64,000 nt of DNA from Candidatus Zhuqueibacterota bacterium (GTDB lineage Bacteria > Zhuqueibacterota > Zhuqueibacteria > Thermofontimicrobiales > Thermofontimicrobiaceae), in NCBI GenBank assembly GCA_049322915.1, contig JBMOPW010000026.1:1-64000 (forward strand), written 5' to 3'. The position numbers were made by a program, and so were the translations under genes. The first letter of the stretch is position 1. Every line of letters begins with the position of its first letter. Shown here piece after piece: positions 50,527-62,100 of the stretch. The notes under the pieces are model-generated. The model did not search any database, had not been told where the DNA came from, and saw only the letters and a list, made by a program, of their open reading frames with translations.

Positions 50527-50556
50527 GCCTCCCATGGAACGATACGTGGGAGGCTG
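50527..50556. terminator. Hairpin after the AIM24 gene
   Basis: gcctcccat...gtgggaggc stem directly after the stop; weak U tract. Confidence 0.4.
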
Positions 50557-50925
50557 TCTCCTCACACATTCCCCTCAATAATCCGACTTTTTCGATTGTG
50601 TCAAATCGAAAGATGATATCAAATTAACAGGCAAATTGTTTGGTCCTCTGGTCGAATAAACATGTCCCCGGCAAAATGGCTTCGACCGCAGCACGGCCAT
50701 TTGTTTTGCTGGTGATACCAACCGTCAGTTGCATGACGCGATCCTGCCGTGTTTTCCACCTATGCTGTAGATGTTGGATTGTCCTGAAAGATAACTTCGG
50801 AGAGCCTTTCGCGCATTACCGGAGCAAGGCGATAGGGGTGAGAATATCCAGTAAAATGGCCACGCATTCGACTTCGGGACAGGTTTTGATTCATGTTGAA
50901 AAGCAGACGCCTGGACCAGGGAGAG

Positions 50926-51423
50926 TTAATTCCTGTTTTTAAGCAGTTTGATCAGCACGACCTCCATGCCGTCTTTTTTTCTGGTGAATTTGACTTTATC
51001 CATGAGGAGCGACATCAGGTAGACGCCGCGGCCATTTGTTTTTTTGAGATTATTGGGATTGAGCGGATTGGGCAGTTCTTTGAAATCGAAGCCATCGCCC
51101 TGGTCATTGATCGTGAGCTGGATGTGTTCGCTGGTGATGAGAATTTTTATCGAGACTGTTTTGGTCGCTTGCCTTTTATTGCCATGGATGATGGCATTGG
51201 CCAGCGCCTCGGACAGAGCGGTCGCAAGTTCGCTTCGCATTTGCGATGAACAGCAGCGGGCGTCATCAAGAAGCCGTTCGAATAGCTGAATCGTGCTCGT
51301 GATCTGATCCGTCGAGCTCTGTATCATGAAGTTATATTGGAGATTTTGCTCTGCAATACCAGACCCATTGCTGTTAACCAGGTTTTCGGAAAGGTTGTTT
51401 TCTGAATCATTCATACGTCGCAT
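50926..51423 (-). CDS. RsbW-like anti-sigma factor / Ser kinase (HATPase_c)
   Basis: EALANAIIHGN, DQGDGFD, GRGVYLM boxes. Confidence 0.9.
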   Translation of the reverse strand: MRRMNDSENNLSENLVNSNGSGIAEQNLQYNFMIQSSTDQITSTIQLFERLLDDARCCSSQMRSELATALSEALANAIIHGNKRQATKTVSIKILITSEHIQLTINDQGDGFDFKELPNPLNPNNLKKTNGRGVYLMSLLMDKVKFTRKKDGMEVVLIKLLKNRN

Positions 51424-52197
51424 CGTTCTAAATGAAAATTCATTGGCATGGTATCATTCTAATTATTGAATACAAAATCCGTCGTGTCATTCGTGCAGCA
51501 AACCTTTCAGAGAATCAATGCATCATGAGGTACCTGTCGTCCGGTGAAATGGCCGAAATCCTTTCGTGTCATCTGGATGAATTGCAACGCTTAAAATCGC
51601 TTCACCCCCGGTGAATTGAATCGAATGCTAAAATCCTATACGGCTGATTCATTAAATTGATTCACATTTTCTTGGCGGCGCCGATTCAGCGAGGACAGTG
51701 TGACAGGGCTCCGGGGCCAGGAGAAATTCCGCACGCTAACCCTGGCTCTGCCCACATGGGTAAAGAATTCGGGGCAGGTAAGCGATGAACTGCTGATGCT
51801 GGTTCAGGTATGGCTCAATGTCATTTCGTCCGGTTCAATATCGATCATCCTGACTGCTGCTGATTACCTATTCAAAAATAGATACCTAAGCAAGGCTATA
51901 AGTCGTAACGTTAAATTAAATATTAAATTGTTTTCATAAAAAGTGATTGTGGGCATGTCAACCGGGGTGAAAGTCGATTAATTTTGCTTTGTCAATTGAA
52001 AGATGCGACACTCATGTCATGTGCGGGAATGAAACAAATGCATCATTTTATAACAGTGTCGGATAATTTGCGCAGGGTAGACGATTCCACGAAACACGCA
52101 GCAGTGGCGCTGATTCTGATGCAGCACCGATGTTTACCGATTGTTGCAATATAGCTAACAGCTAATGAATGTTATAATAACGAAGTATATTTTTAAC

Positions 52198-52213
52198 TGG
52201 CATTAAAATTGCA
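52198..52213 (+). promoter_or_regulatory. Sigma-54 (-24/-12) promoter of the FecR/CHASE2 operon
   Basis: TGGCATTAAAATTGCA (GG-N10-GC), 67 nt upstream of ATG 52281, within an 860-nt spacer. Confidence 0.75.
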
Positions 52214-52280
52214 AATTGCTAAATAAATCTAAGGCATTTTTAATCAATTATTTTGAAGAGTAACCGTATCGGAGATAGAC

Positions 52281-53387
52281 ATGAAGAAATTATTTTCGAC
52301 TATCATCTTAATTTTTCTGGTACTAATGTCAGCTCACCCGAACCGCGCGACCGGAGGTTGCCTGGTAGATGATGTCACGGCCGAGTTGGAAATTTTCATC
52401 GCTGACGCAAGTGTGCTATTTTTGAATGATTTGAATTTAGCCAATCTGGAAGCGACGCCGCTGCTGTTCTCAGTGACGGTACAGAATAATACCAATGCAA
52501 TAAAGTCGGTGACGTTGCACTTTGGCATCAATCGGGGCAGCGATGTGCTGATTGCCGGCGTCAGCCGGCCGTTCGACATGCAACCCCACGAGGTCATCTA
52601 TTTGACCAATCAGAATATCTTCTCGGGCGGCCAGAGGTATTCTCTGGAGAATATTGATATTGGCAGCGCGGCTGAAGATTTGAAAAATGCAATATTAGCC
52701 TCCGGTAAATTGCCGGCCGGCAGCTACCAGTTTTATGTGAAAGTCGACTACCAGGACAACACGCATCAGAATCAGGAAGCTTTCTCCGATGAGATTTTGA
52801 ATATCACCGATCCGACCATCCTGGACTTAACTTCACCGGGTCAATCGGCGGAGATGCCCGATGTGATGGAACTGTTCACACCATTCCCGTTCTTTGTGTG
52901 GCAATCCAATGCCTCGGAATTCGAGATAACCGTGTGCGAAAAAATGAGCACCAATAGCTCTCCATCGGACGTGATGACCAATGAGCCCCGGTTGCGACAA
53001 ACGATTCCGTGGACATTCTTTCAATATCCCTCGGCCGGCGCGTGGCCGTTGGAAGAAGGGAAGACCTACTACTGGCAGGTGTTTGCAACCGTTCCGTCTT
53101 CCAGCGGTCCAATTCGGTTGGAGAGCGAGATATGGGGATTCAAAATCGGGAATGTCAGCGGCGGTATGTTGTCGGTTGAGCATGCGCAAATGGTGAGTCT
53201 GCTGCAAACGCTCTTCCCCACCGGCGGGATCGAAGGATTATTCGAACCAGGGGGCATTCTGGAGGGTTTTACGTTTACAGGTGTCATGACAGTCAATGGT
53301 CAGCCCTTCACGATGGAGGATTTGAAGGCATTCTTTCAGAAAGTGCTGAATAAAGAATATACGATTGATTCTTACAGTGTGGAATGA
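52281..53387 (+). CDS. Secreted beta-rich protein with Ig/FN3-like and DUF928-like motif
   Basis: 368 aa; GGAG RBS; signal peptide; LPAGSYQF; PFFVW...YPSAGAWPLEEGKTYYWQV. Confidence 0.8.
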   Translation: MKKLFSTIILIFLVLMSAHPNRATGGCLVDDVTAELEIFIADASVLFLNDLNLANLEATPLLFSVTVQNNTNAIKSVTLHFGINRGSDVLIAGVSRPFDMQPHEVIYLTNQNIFSGGQRYSLENIDIGSAAEDLKNAILASGKLPAGSYQFYVKVDYQDNTHQNQEAFSDEILNITDPTILDLTSPGQSAEMPDVMELFTPFPFFVWQSNASEFEITVCEKMSTNSSPSDVMTNEPRLRQTIPWTFFQYPSAGAWPLEEGKTYYWQVFATVPSSSGPIRLESEIWGFKIGNVSGGMLSVEHAQMVSLLQTLFPTGGIEGLFEPGGILEGFTFTGVMTVNGQPFTMEDLKAFFQKVLNKEYTIDSYSVE

Positions 53388-53411
53388 GTTGAAAACAGGA
53401 GCGCCCGAAAT

Positions 53412-54104
53412 ATGAATACCAAATATCTTATCATAAAAAAAATATGGCTATTTCTTTCGTTGCTTTTCATAATGACTGATGCGTTATTTTCGCAGGAGGC
53501 GAAAGATGTGGCTATCGTTTTAAAAACCTCCGGCAAGGTCACCGTGAAAGATGCTGCAACGAAAAAATGGAAGGATAGTCAGCGGGGAGAGCGGCTCGAT
53601 TCCGGGGATATTGTCAAAACAAATGAAAATGCGTTTGCGGCTATCATGTTCACCGATGATAAAACCATGCTGAAAGTGAAGGATAATTCCATGGTGGCGA
53701 TTCGTGGAAAGCGCGAAAACAATTCCGTGTCCAAGCGAATTGCATGCAGCCTGGGCAATTTCTGGCTGAAGGTGAAAAAGCAACAGACGGAAATGATTGT
53801 GGAGACGCCGTCCGGAGTGGCTGCGGTGAAGGGGACTGAATTCTACGGCGTCGTGAACGAAGACGGCAGCACCATGATCATTGCAGTGGAGGGTCTGGTG
53901 CAACTCATCAATAAATTTGGAGAGCAATTTGTCAAAGCCGGGCAGACCGGCACCATGTCCAAAAACGAATCTCCGACGGTCGCGCAGACCGACCCCAGCA
54001 TGACGCCAACCTGGGGCGGCGAGGACGAGGATGATAACGAATTGATGCTGGAGTTCGAAGACGCGAATGGCAATAAAAAACATTTGAAAATTAAATACCA
54101 TTAA
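53412..54104 (+). CDS. Exported FecR-domain protein
   Basis: Signal peptide; L.SGD.VKT, VETPSGVAAVKGTEF, VEGLV motifs; acidic C-terminal tail. Confidence 0.9.
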   Translation: MNTKYLIIKKIWLFLSLLFIMTDALFSQEAKDVAIVLKTSGKVTVKDAATKKWKDSQRGERLDSGDIVKTNENAFAAIMFTDDKTMLKVKDNSMVAIRGKRENNSVSKRIACSLGNFWLKVKKQQTEMIVETPSGVAAVKGTEFYGVVNEDGSTMIIAVEGLVQLINKFGEQFVKAGQTGTMSKNESPTVAQTDPSMTPTWGGEDEDDNELMLEFEDANGNKKHLKIKYH

Positions 54105-54128
54105 TATCCATATTTCAGGGATTCTCCT

Positions 54129-56663
54129 ATGACAAAGCGAAGTTTGTTCATCTTAATGTTTTTTTTGCCAGGACTACTGGGGGTACCTGGAATTAACCTG
54201 TTACGCTCCGATGCGATGGCTCAACTCCATTCGGGTCTGATTCATTTTCCTGTGAAGAACGCGACGCAGGGTCAGGCGATTTCTGTGGAGGCGAAAGTGG
54301 AAGATCCAAACGTGCAAATGGACTATATGCGCGTGTATTTTCGCCAGAGAGGTGAGTCGGATTTTCAATATATCGAGATGCAAGAGCAGTTGGAAAATTA
54401 TGTGATACAGATACCTGGCAGCGCTGTGAATCCGCCGGGCATCGATTATTTCATCATGGCCGTGAAAACAGATCGCTCCGTGTTGACCAGCCCGGATTCA
54501 AATCCCTATTACTCGCCGTATGAAGTGGTCGTCACTCCGGGACCGGCCGCGCCGACGGAATCAATAGCGCCGGCAAAACAGCAGTCGCTGCGGTCCGCCA
54601 GTGGCGCGGGAATTGAGACGGTCATTCTCAGTCCTGAGCCGGACGAGCGGGTGGATGCCACGGACATCATCATCGCGCTGTCGTTTCTTGGAAAAGTGGA
54701 GGATTTGAACACCAAATCAATAAAGCTATTTCTGGATAATGTCAATGTAACCTCCCGGGCGGAGATCAGCAATTACATGATTTCCTACGTTCCAAAGGCA
54801 TTGAGTCCCGGTATACATCAGGTCAAAGTGACACTGACGGATAAGTCCGGCAAGCGATTCGACGACGTGGTCTGGCAGTTCACAATTGTTTCCTCTGTGG
54901 AGCAAAAGGCAGCCGAGAAGTCCCAGCCGATGAGGGCCGACGCGTACGCCGAAGTGAAGCAGGAAAACATCAGTGACAGCACCCTGTCCACATCGAATTT
55001 CGGTGGGAATGTTCGCGGACAATACGGCGCGATCAAATATCACGGGATGGCGTTTATCACGTCGCACGAAAAATCTGATGCCCAGCCGCGGAATCGATTC
55101 CTGCTGGAAGTGGGAACGTCCTGGCTCGGCGCTAAATTCGGTGATACATCGCCGCGGTTCAGTGAACTGGTGCTGTGGGGAAGGCGCGTGCGGGGGTTTG
55201 AAGCCTATTTAAAATTAGGATTTTTCAATATTGAATTTGTCCAGGGCGAGATCAATCGAAAAATTGAAGGCCAACCGTATGATATTCAGGTCGTGGGTGG
55301 TGATACCATTTGGATCGATCCTGAAACCGGCACGCCGGTCTCTTCCACCACCGGAATTTACCGCTACGGAACTTACAAACGCAATTTAATGGCGGTCAGA
55401 CCCAGCTTCGGCGGTGGGAAAAACTTCCAATTGGGTTTCAACCTGATGAAAGTGAAGGACGATCCTGAATCCATCCGGTACAGCTCGCAACCCAAAGATA
55501 ACCTGGTGCTGGGCCCGGATATTTTGTTCGCGCTGGACAATCACCGGATTGAATTGAAAGCCAGCGCTGCGTTCAGTTTCCTGGCCAACGATATTTCCGG
55601 CGGCGCCATCACCAAGTCGGAACTGGATTCAGTCCTCGGCGACGTCCCATTCGACCCCTCTGATTATGAAGAATATTTTGTGCTGAACACATCGCTCATT
55701 CCGCTCGATCCGTCCGAGCTCACCTCGCTGGCGTATCAGGGAAGTTTTCGGTTCAACTATTTCAATAATAATCTTCAGGTCATTTATAAATCCATCGGCT
55801 CGGATTACTATTCTCTGGCCAATTCGTTCCTGCGAAAGGATATTCAGGGATTCTCGATTTACGACCGGGTTCAGCTTTATAAAAATCAGGTGTACCTGAA
55901 TTTGGGATTGGACCGCTACAAAGAAGGCCTCTCCTATGAAAATGATGGCGCAGATGATACGGCGCCAACCGATTACAGCGCGTTGAATATCGGCGTTTCA
56001 TATTATCCGCATCAGAACTGGCCGAAAGTCAGCTTCAACTGGAAGAATTACGGTCGCGATGATGGACTAGATACACTGATTGCATCGAATCCGGTCAATT
56101 ACCAGAACCGCGATGTGTCGGTTCAACTCAGTTATGATTTTCATTTGCTCAATTTGAATCACACGCTGAGCATGAGCTACATCGCTTCTAACCGCGAAGA
56201 TGGATTCGATCGGACCGCGTCTAATCTGGCCAATGATATTCAAATGTATTCGTTACGGACAACCTATCAGATACCTTTGAATACGGTCATCACTTTCGCA
56301 ACGAATACAAACACAGCCGGGGAAGGCCTGTATGGTTTTGAATACACCATGTTCGGATTTTCAGGCGATTATAAATTGCTGAATAATCAACTCGAGCTAA
56401 GAGGGAGTTTCAATCTGACCAATGCCACCGGCACCAATACTTACGAAACGACTGCCCCTGACTCGACGGGCACCTTGGTGACGCAGACGGTCACAACCAC
56501 GTACACGGACTACACGCGAACCGCGATAAACATGGGCGCCAATTATCGGTTCACCCGGCGCCACAATTTTCTGCTGGACTTCAGTTTTATCGACTTCCAC
56601 GATGAGGTCACGAAAACGTACAAGGACAGCATTTTACGTCTACGGTACGAGTTCATGTATTAG
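54129..56663 (+). CDS. Outer-membrane beta-barrel protein with two N-terminal Ig-like domains
   Basis: 844 aa; signal peptide; Ig-like segments; amphipathic strands; terminal LRLRYEFMY. Confidence 0.78.
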   Translation: MTKRSLFILMFFLPGLLGVPGINLLRSDAMAQLHSGLIHFPVKNATQGQAISVEAKVEDPNVQMDYMRVYFRQRGESDFQYIEMQEQLENYVIQIPGSAVNPPGIDYFIMAVKTDRSVLTSPDSNPYYSPYEVVVTPGPAAPTESIAPAKQQSLRSASGAGIETVILSPEPDERVDATDIIIALSFLGKVEDLNTKSIKLFLDNVNVTSRAEISNYMISYVPKALSPGIHQVKVTLTDKSGKRFDDVVWQFTIVSSVEQKAAEKSQPMRADAYAEVKQENISDSTLSTSNFGGNVRGQYGAIKYHGMAFITSHEKSDAQPRNRFLLEVGTSWLGAKFGDTSPRFSELVLWGRRVRGFEAYLKLGFFNIEFVQGEINRKIEGQPYDIQVVGGDTIWIDPETGTPVSSTTGIYRYGTYKRNLMAVRPSFGGGKNFQLGFNLMKVKDDPESIRYSSQPKDNLVLGPDILFALDNHRIELKASAAFSFLANDISGGAITKSELDSVLGDVPFDPSDYEEYFVLNTSLIPLDPSELTSLAYQGSFRFNYFNNNLQVIYKSIGSDYYSLANSFLRKDIQGFSIYDRVQLYKNQVYLNLGLDRYKEGLSYENDGADDTAPTDYSALNIGVSYYPHQNWPKVSFNWKNYGRDDGLDTLIASNPVNYQNRDVSVQLSYDFHLLNLNHTLSMSYIASNREDGFDRTASNLANDIQMYSLRTTYQIPLNTVITFATNTNTAGEGLYGFEYTMFGFSGDYKLLNNQLELRGSFNLTNATGTNTYETTAPDSTGTLVTQTVTTTYTDYTRTAINMGANYRFTRRHNFLLDFSFIDFHDEVTKTYKDSILRLRYEFMY

Positions 56664-56804
56664 TCCGGACGTGTGGCCGGGGCGACGTTTGGATGATTTC
56701 AGTAGGTGTTGGAGCTACAGACCTGTCGAAACCAGGATGGGGAAACGGGCAGGCAAAAGGCAGAGGTGGTTGGACTCTGCTTTTTGACTTTGGGGATGAA
56801 TTGC

Positions 56805-58916
56805 ATGAGAAAAATATTTAGAAATTCAGGGTATCTTGGGGGATTACTGGTCGTTGCCGTTATTGTAATTTTGTTTGTGTTGAATGTTTTTGGCGTGTTC
56901 GATAATCTGGAACTGAAGACGTATGACCTGAGGTTCCGGTTGCGCGGCGTTAAAAACGTGGACAATGCCGGCATTGTCCTGGTCACTATCGATGACCAGT
57001 CCTTCGTCAGCCTGAAAAGCCGCTGGCCTTTTCCGCGCGCCTATTTTGCCCGCGTCATTGAGAATCTCGCCGAAGCCGGCGCTGCGTTGATCGTTATGGA
57101 TATTGAATTTGCAGAACCATCCTCTGTGAGCGACAGCGATGACGAGGCGTTTGCCAATTCCATCCGGAAATTCCCACACGTCATCATTGCCGGAAAAGTA
57201 GTCGCTGAGTACGGCGCCAACATGACTTTGAACCGCTATCCCATCAGACCGTTGCCGAAATTCATCAACGCCGGCGCGGAGTGGGCGTTCGCCAATGTGT
57301 ATCTGGACGAGGATGGTTTCATTCGGCGCTACAATCTGTATCAGGATTTATTCGGAGCCACCTGTTACCCCCTGGCCATTGAGGCGCTCCGTTATATCCA
57401 GGGGATTCCGCCAGAGAAGATCATCCAGAATCGCAACGGCAGATTCATTGTGGGAAAGGTGTCCATTCCCAGATTCGGCGCCGACGATATGCTCATCAAT
57501 TTTTTCGGGCCGACCCAGCATTTTCCCACCTATTCTTTTGCCAATATCATGGACGATCAGCGATTCAATTTACCGGACACAACGGAAGATACCAATATTT
57601 TTGAGATCTACAAACAGTCGGGTCTGTTCAGGAATAAAATCGTCTGGATCGGGGCTTCTGCCGAGGAATTGCAGGATAATAAATTCACCCCCTTCTTCCA
57701 ATTCGATGGCGTGAAGCAGACAATGCCCGGCGTGGAGATGCATGCCAATGCGCTTTACACGATGATGACCGCATCCTATCTCCATCGGGCCAATCCGTTG
57801 CTGGTAGCGCTCATCATCCTGGCCCTGGGCGGGTTGTCGATTTTATTATCCAATTATGTGAAACCGATTCTGGGATTCATTCTGGGAGTTGGCATCGCTT
57901 CGATTTATGCGCTGCTCAGTCTGGCGTCGTTCGTGCAGCTTCAGGTTTGGTTGCCATTGGTTTTTCCCCTCACCTGTTTCAGCCTTTGCTACGTGGTGAA
58001 TATAGTCAACAAGATTTTGATCGAGCAACGGGAAAAGGGTCGTTATCGAAAAACATTTCAGCAATACGTGGCACGAAGCGTGGTCGATTCCATGCTCAAC
58101 TCCGGCGAGTTGCCCAAGTTCGGCGGTGAGCGGAAAATATTGACGGTGCTGTTCTCTGATATTCGCGCGTTCACTTCGTACAGCGAGAAATATCCCCCTG
58201 AAACAGTGGTGCAGCGTTTGACGGAGTATTTGACTGCCATGGTGGATGTCATTTTCCGGCATCGCGGCACGCTGGATAAGTTCGTCGGCGACGAGATTAT
58301 GGCGCTGTTCGGGGCGCCCTATTATTTCGCCAATCATGCGGAACATGCGTGTCTCACCGCGCTGGATATGGTGGCGTCGCTGCGAAAAATTCAGAAGTCC
58401 TGGTCAGAAAAAGAGATGGAATATTTTCAGATCGGCATTGGCATCAATACCGGCAAAGTGATCGTGGGCAATCTCGGCTCGATCCAATTATTTGATTATA
58501 CCGTGATTGGCGACGAGGTGAATCTGGGCGCGCGGCTGGAAGGGGCGAACAAGCATTATTCGACGACGATCATCATCAGCGAGGCCACCTATGACCAGGT
58601 GCGGGACAAGGCGATTGTCCGCGAACTGGATTTTGTGCGGGTCAAAGGCAAAAAGCGGCCGGTTAAAATTTATGAACTGCGCGGCATGTATTCGCTGCCT
58701 TCCATTGAAAAAGATTTGATCATCGACGTCTATTCCTACGGTCTGGATTTATTCAAAGAAAAAAAATGGACCCAGGCGCTGAAGGAATTCCGGCGCGTGC
58801 TTCGCTACTTCCCTTCGGATGGCCCGTCGCGGGTGTACACGCTGCGATGCCTTGAATTCATCGAGCATCCGCCGCCGGAGAATTGGGATGGAGTGTTTGA
58901 ATTCGCAGTGAAGTAG
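56805..58916 (+). CDS. CHASE2-domain class III adenylate cyclase
   Basis: TM-CHASE2 (IDDQS, RWPFPR, DEDGFIRR, PGVEMHAN)-3TM; FSDIRAFT, DKFVGD, DYTVIGDEVNLGARLE; start 56805 chosen by RBS (track 56706). Confidence 0.95.
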   Translation: MRKIFRNSGYLGGLLVVAVIVILFVLNVFGVFDNLELKTYDLRFRLRGVKNVDNAGIVLVTIDDQSFVSLKSRWPFPRAYFARVIENLAEAGAALIVMDIEFAEPSSVSDSDDEAFANSIRKFPHVIIAGKVVAEYGANMTLNRYPIRPLPKFINAGAEWAFANVYLDEDGFIRRYNLYQDLFGATCYPLAIEALRYIQGIPPEKIIQNRNGRFIVGKVSIPRFGADDMLINFFGPTQHFPTYSFANIMDDQRFNLPDTTEDTNIFEIYKQSGLFRNKIVWIGASAEELQDNKFTPFFQFDGVKQTMPGVEMHANALYTMMTASYLHRANPLLVALIILALGGLSILLSNYVKPILGFILGVGIASIYALLSLASFVQLQVWLPLVFPLTCFSLCYVVNIVNKILIEQREKGRYRKTFQQYVARSVVDSMLNSGELPKFGGERKILTVLFSDIRAFTSYSEKYPPETVVQRLTEYLTAMVDVIFRHRGTLDKFVGDEIMALFGAPYYFANHAEHACLTALDMVASLRKIQKSWSEKEMEYFQIGIGINTGKVIVGNLGSIQLFDYTVIGDEVNLGARLEGANKHYSTTIIISEATYDQVRDKAIVRELDFVRVKGKKRPVKIYELRGMYSLPSIEKDLIIDVYSYGLDLFKEKKWTQALKEFRRVLRYFPSDGPSRVYTLRCLEFIEHPPPENWDGVFEFAVK

Positions 58917-59122
58917 TTTTTGAACGCATAGTCCGTTGCAGAAGCGGCTACCCTCTTCGGCGAAAAACCGGGCCTGGTTTCGACGGGACATAGCGCCGGG
59001 CCTGGAAATCAGCTTTACGACCCGATACAACGACGCGATGTATAGATTTTTACAGGGGTCGGATTCAAAAAAACCTTCAATTATTTTTGAAAAACGATTC
59101 AACCAAAGAGATGAGGTGAGTC

Positions 59123-62100
59123 ATGAAGTTAACGACAGGTTCAATTGCGATGGCGCTGCTTGTTTTTCTGGCGGTGGTTCCGGGATTTGGGCAGCAATGG
59201 TCAACGCCGGTCACTGTCAGCAGCGGCGACACGCCGGACATGGATATCGACCGAAACACGGGCTACGTGTACATCCTTTCCATGGTGAACGGAGTCACCG
59301 TGACCAAAGTATCTCCTGAAGGCGCTATCATCGCCCAGGAAATAGTCCCCGGCGCGGAGAGCGATGCGGGTGGTGGCAACTTTGGCGCCTCCATTGCAGT
59401 CGATTCGAAAGGCTATCCTCATGTCTGTTATCGTCGCTCAGCAGGAACCGATCCGGACGGCACACCAAAGTACAACGCCTATTATGTGAAAAAGACAGCA
59501 GCCGGCTGGCAGAGTCGACTCACCCTTTCCAACGGAGTGCGTCGCGGCTATGTGGTGCGGATCGATATCGATGACAGCGATGTCGCTCATATCGTGCAGG
59601 GATTCGCATTTGACGAAGAGGGTTCGGAGTTTGGCCGACTGATTTATTATCGGGTTGTCAATAATGCCGTCAACAAGCAGGTGGAGTTAGGCGCTGCGTA
59701 CCCGTACATTTATCGCGGCAATGACCGGGCTGAAATCACCACGTCCGGGAAGTCCAATGTCTACATCCTCAGCGGTGTGCCCAACGAGGATGGTCCGGTC
59801 TATTTCATATTCTCCCCTGATGGCGGTAATAGCTTCACCAACTTCGGCGACATCCATCACAACGATGCATTTGGCCGAAACGGCAGTCCCGATGTAGCGG
59901 TGGATTCTCTGGGCAATGTGCATATCTGCTACGGCACCAGTCAAGATGCAACGCGATTGGATTCGGCGTCGGTGCGTTACACAAAATTCACCGGTGAAAA
60001 CCAGACCCTGGATAATGCCTGCACACCGAACGACTATCTCACCGATTGGAAAATTGGCATGGGACTTGGCTCGATTGCGTGCAGCGATAATGGCCAGGTT
60101 CTGATCACGGCATTTGTCGAATATCCCGGCGGCCCGCTTTACACGACCCTCTCGACGGACGCCGGCCAGTCATGGGCAACTCCGGTTCAGCTTGTTACAA
60201 ACTGCGGGAGCGATGTGGGGCGAAATAAGCATATCATCCGCTCACGCGGAAATAAATTTTATCTCGTCTACCCCTACAACTATACCGTGCAGTTGAGGGC
60301 GTTCACGTTCGAGACAAACGATCCCCCGGTGGCCGACGCCGGCGGGCCTTACACTCAGGCTGAAGGTTCGACCATTCTGTTCGATGCAGCGGGTTCCAGC
60401 GATCCGGATGGCATTGTTGTTCAATACGAATGGGACTGGCAGAATGACGCCATCTTCGATACGACAACGACCTCTGCTGTGTGCAATCACCGCTACACCG
60501 ATGATTTTTACGGTCAGATTAACCTGCGTGTGACCGACAACGAGGGCGGGACGCACTCGGATCTTGCCAGCGTAACGGTCTATAATGTCAATCCAGTGGC
60601 CGAAGCCGGCGGGCCCTATCAGGGTCAGCCCAATGTGGAAATCGATTGCCATGCCTCGGCTACAGACGCTGGCGCTGACGACGTGCCCTCGCTGATCTAT
60701 CAATGGGATGTAAACGGCGATGGCATTTACGCGACGTATGGCCAGAATATAAAAGTGAAATTTGCCAACGGCGGCATCTACACCATTCGCCTGCGCGTTG
60801 TGGATAATGACGGCGGCATTGGTCTCGATTCCGCAACAGTGAACATCACCAATCAGCCGCCGGTGGTCGCGGCTATTCCGCCACAGAGCGTCAACGAAGG
60901 GACTCCGTTCAACACCATTAGTCTGGATAGCTATGTCACTGACCCTGATAATCGGGATGATCAGATGGTCTGGTCGGCGCGGGGTCAGGTCAATTTAACG
61001 GTCGTCATCAACGCCAGCCGCGTGGCAACGATCAGTCCTGTGAAGGCAAATTGGTTCGGCGCAGAAATGATCACCTTCACAGCGACAGATCCGGGGTTTC
61101 TCAAAGATAGTACGTCGACCACATTCACCATCGCCAATGTCAATGACCGCCCCGCGATCGCTGTCATTCCCGATCAGACGATCCCCGAAGGGGGGAGTTT
61201 TGCAGCCATCAATCTGGATGAGTACGTATCCGATCCGGACCACGCGGACAACCAGATTTCATGGCAGGTATTCGGAAATTCGCAACTGCTGTATCAGATA
61301 CAAAATCGCGTGCTCACGGTTATTCCACCCAATACCGAGTGGTCGGGGAGCGAGCAATTGTCCATTGTTGCCAGTGATCCGCTGAATGCCCGGGACACGA
61401 CCCAAACGCGATTCACGGTGTCAGGGGAAAACGACCCGCCGAATGTGACGAAAATTCCGGATCAGAATAAAGCCGTTGGCACGGATTTCAGTTCGATCGC
61501 GCTGGATGATTATGTGAGCGATCCTGATAATCCAGATAGCGATATTCTCTGGACGTACAGCGGCAACACCAAAGTGACTGTGGAAATTACCAACCGGGTG
61601 GCTTCGATCGAAAGAGTCAATCCCACGTGGGTTGGCTCGGATACGGTAATTTTCAATGCGGCCGATCCCGGCGGATTGTCGGGCAGCAGCAGCGTCATTT
61701 TCACCAGCAGTATCGGCAATCAGCCGCCGGACGTGACGCACATCCCGGATCAATCGATACTGGAAGGTCAGAGTTTTCAGACCGTCAACCTGGATGGCTA
61801 CGTAACAGACCCTGATAATCCGGACAATGAAATCACATGGACAGCGAGCGGCCAGAACGACCTCATCATCACCATTCATAACAGAGTCGTGACGATTTCC
61901 CAACCGCTCGATAATCCGGATTGGAGCGGCATGGAGGTTGTCAATTTCAAAGCGACCGACCCGGGCGGCCTGGCCGACAGTTCTCTCACGCTGTTCATCG
62001 TGATGTCGGTGAATGATCCGCCGGTGTTATCAACGATTCCCAATACCCAATTCCTGGAAGACGATACACTGGAATGGCCATTCTCAAATCTGTGGTCGCT

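Noticed and set aside
51961..51980. GGGGTGAAAGTC resembling an FMN riboswitch segment
   Set aside because: The remaining conserved FMN elements are absent
58969..59010. GGTTTCGACGGG resembling a tmRNA 5' end
   Set aside because: No tRNA-like 3' end, and the spacer is too short before the next CDS
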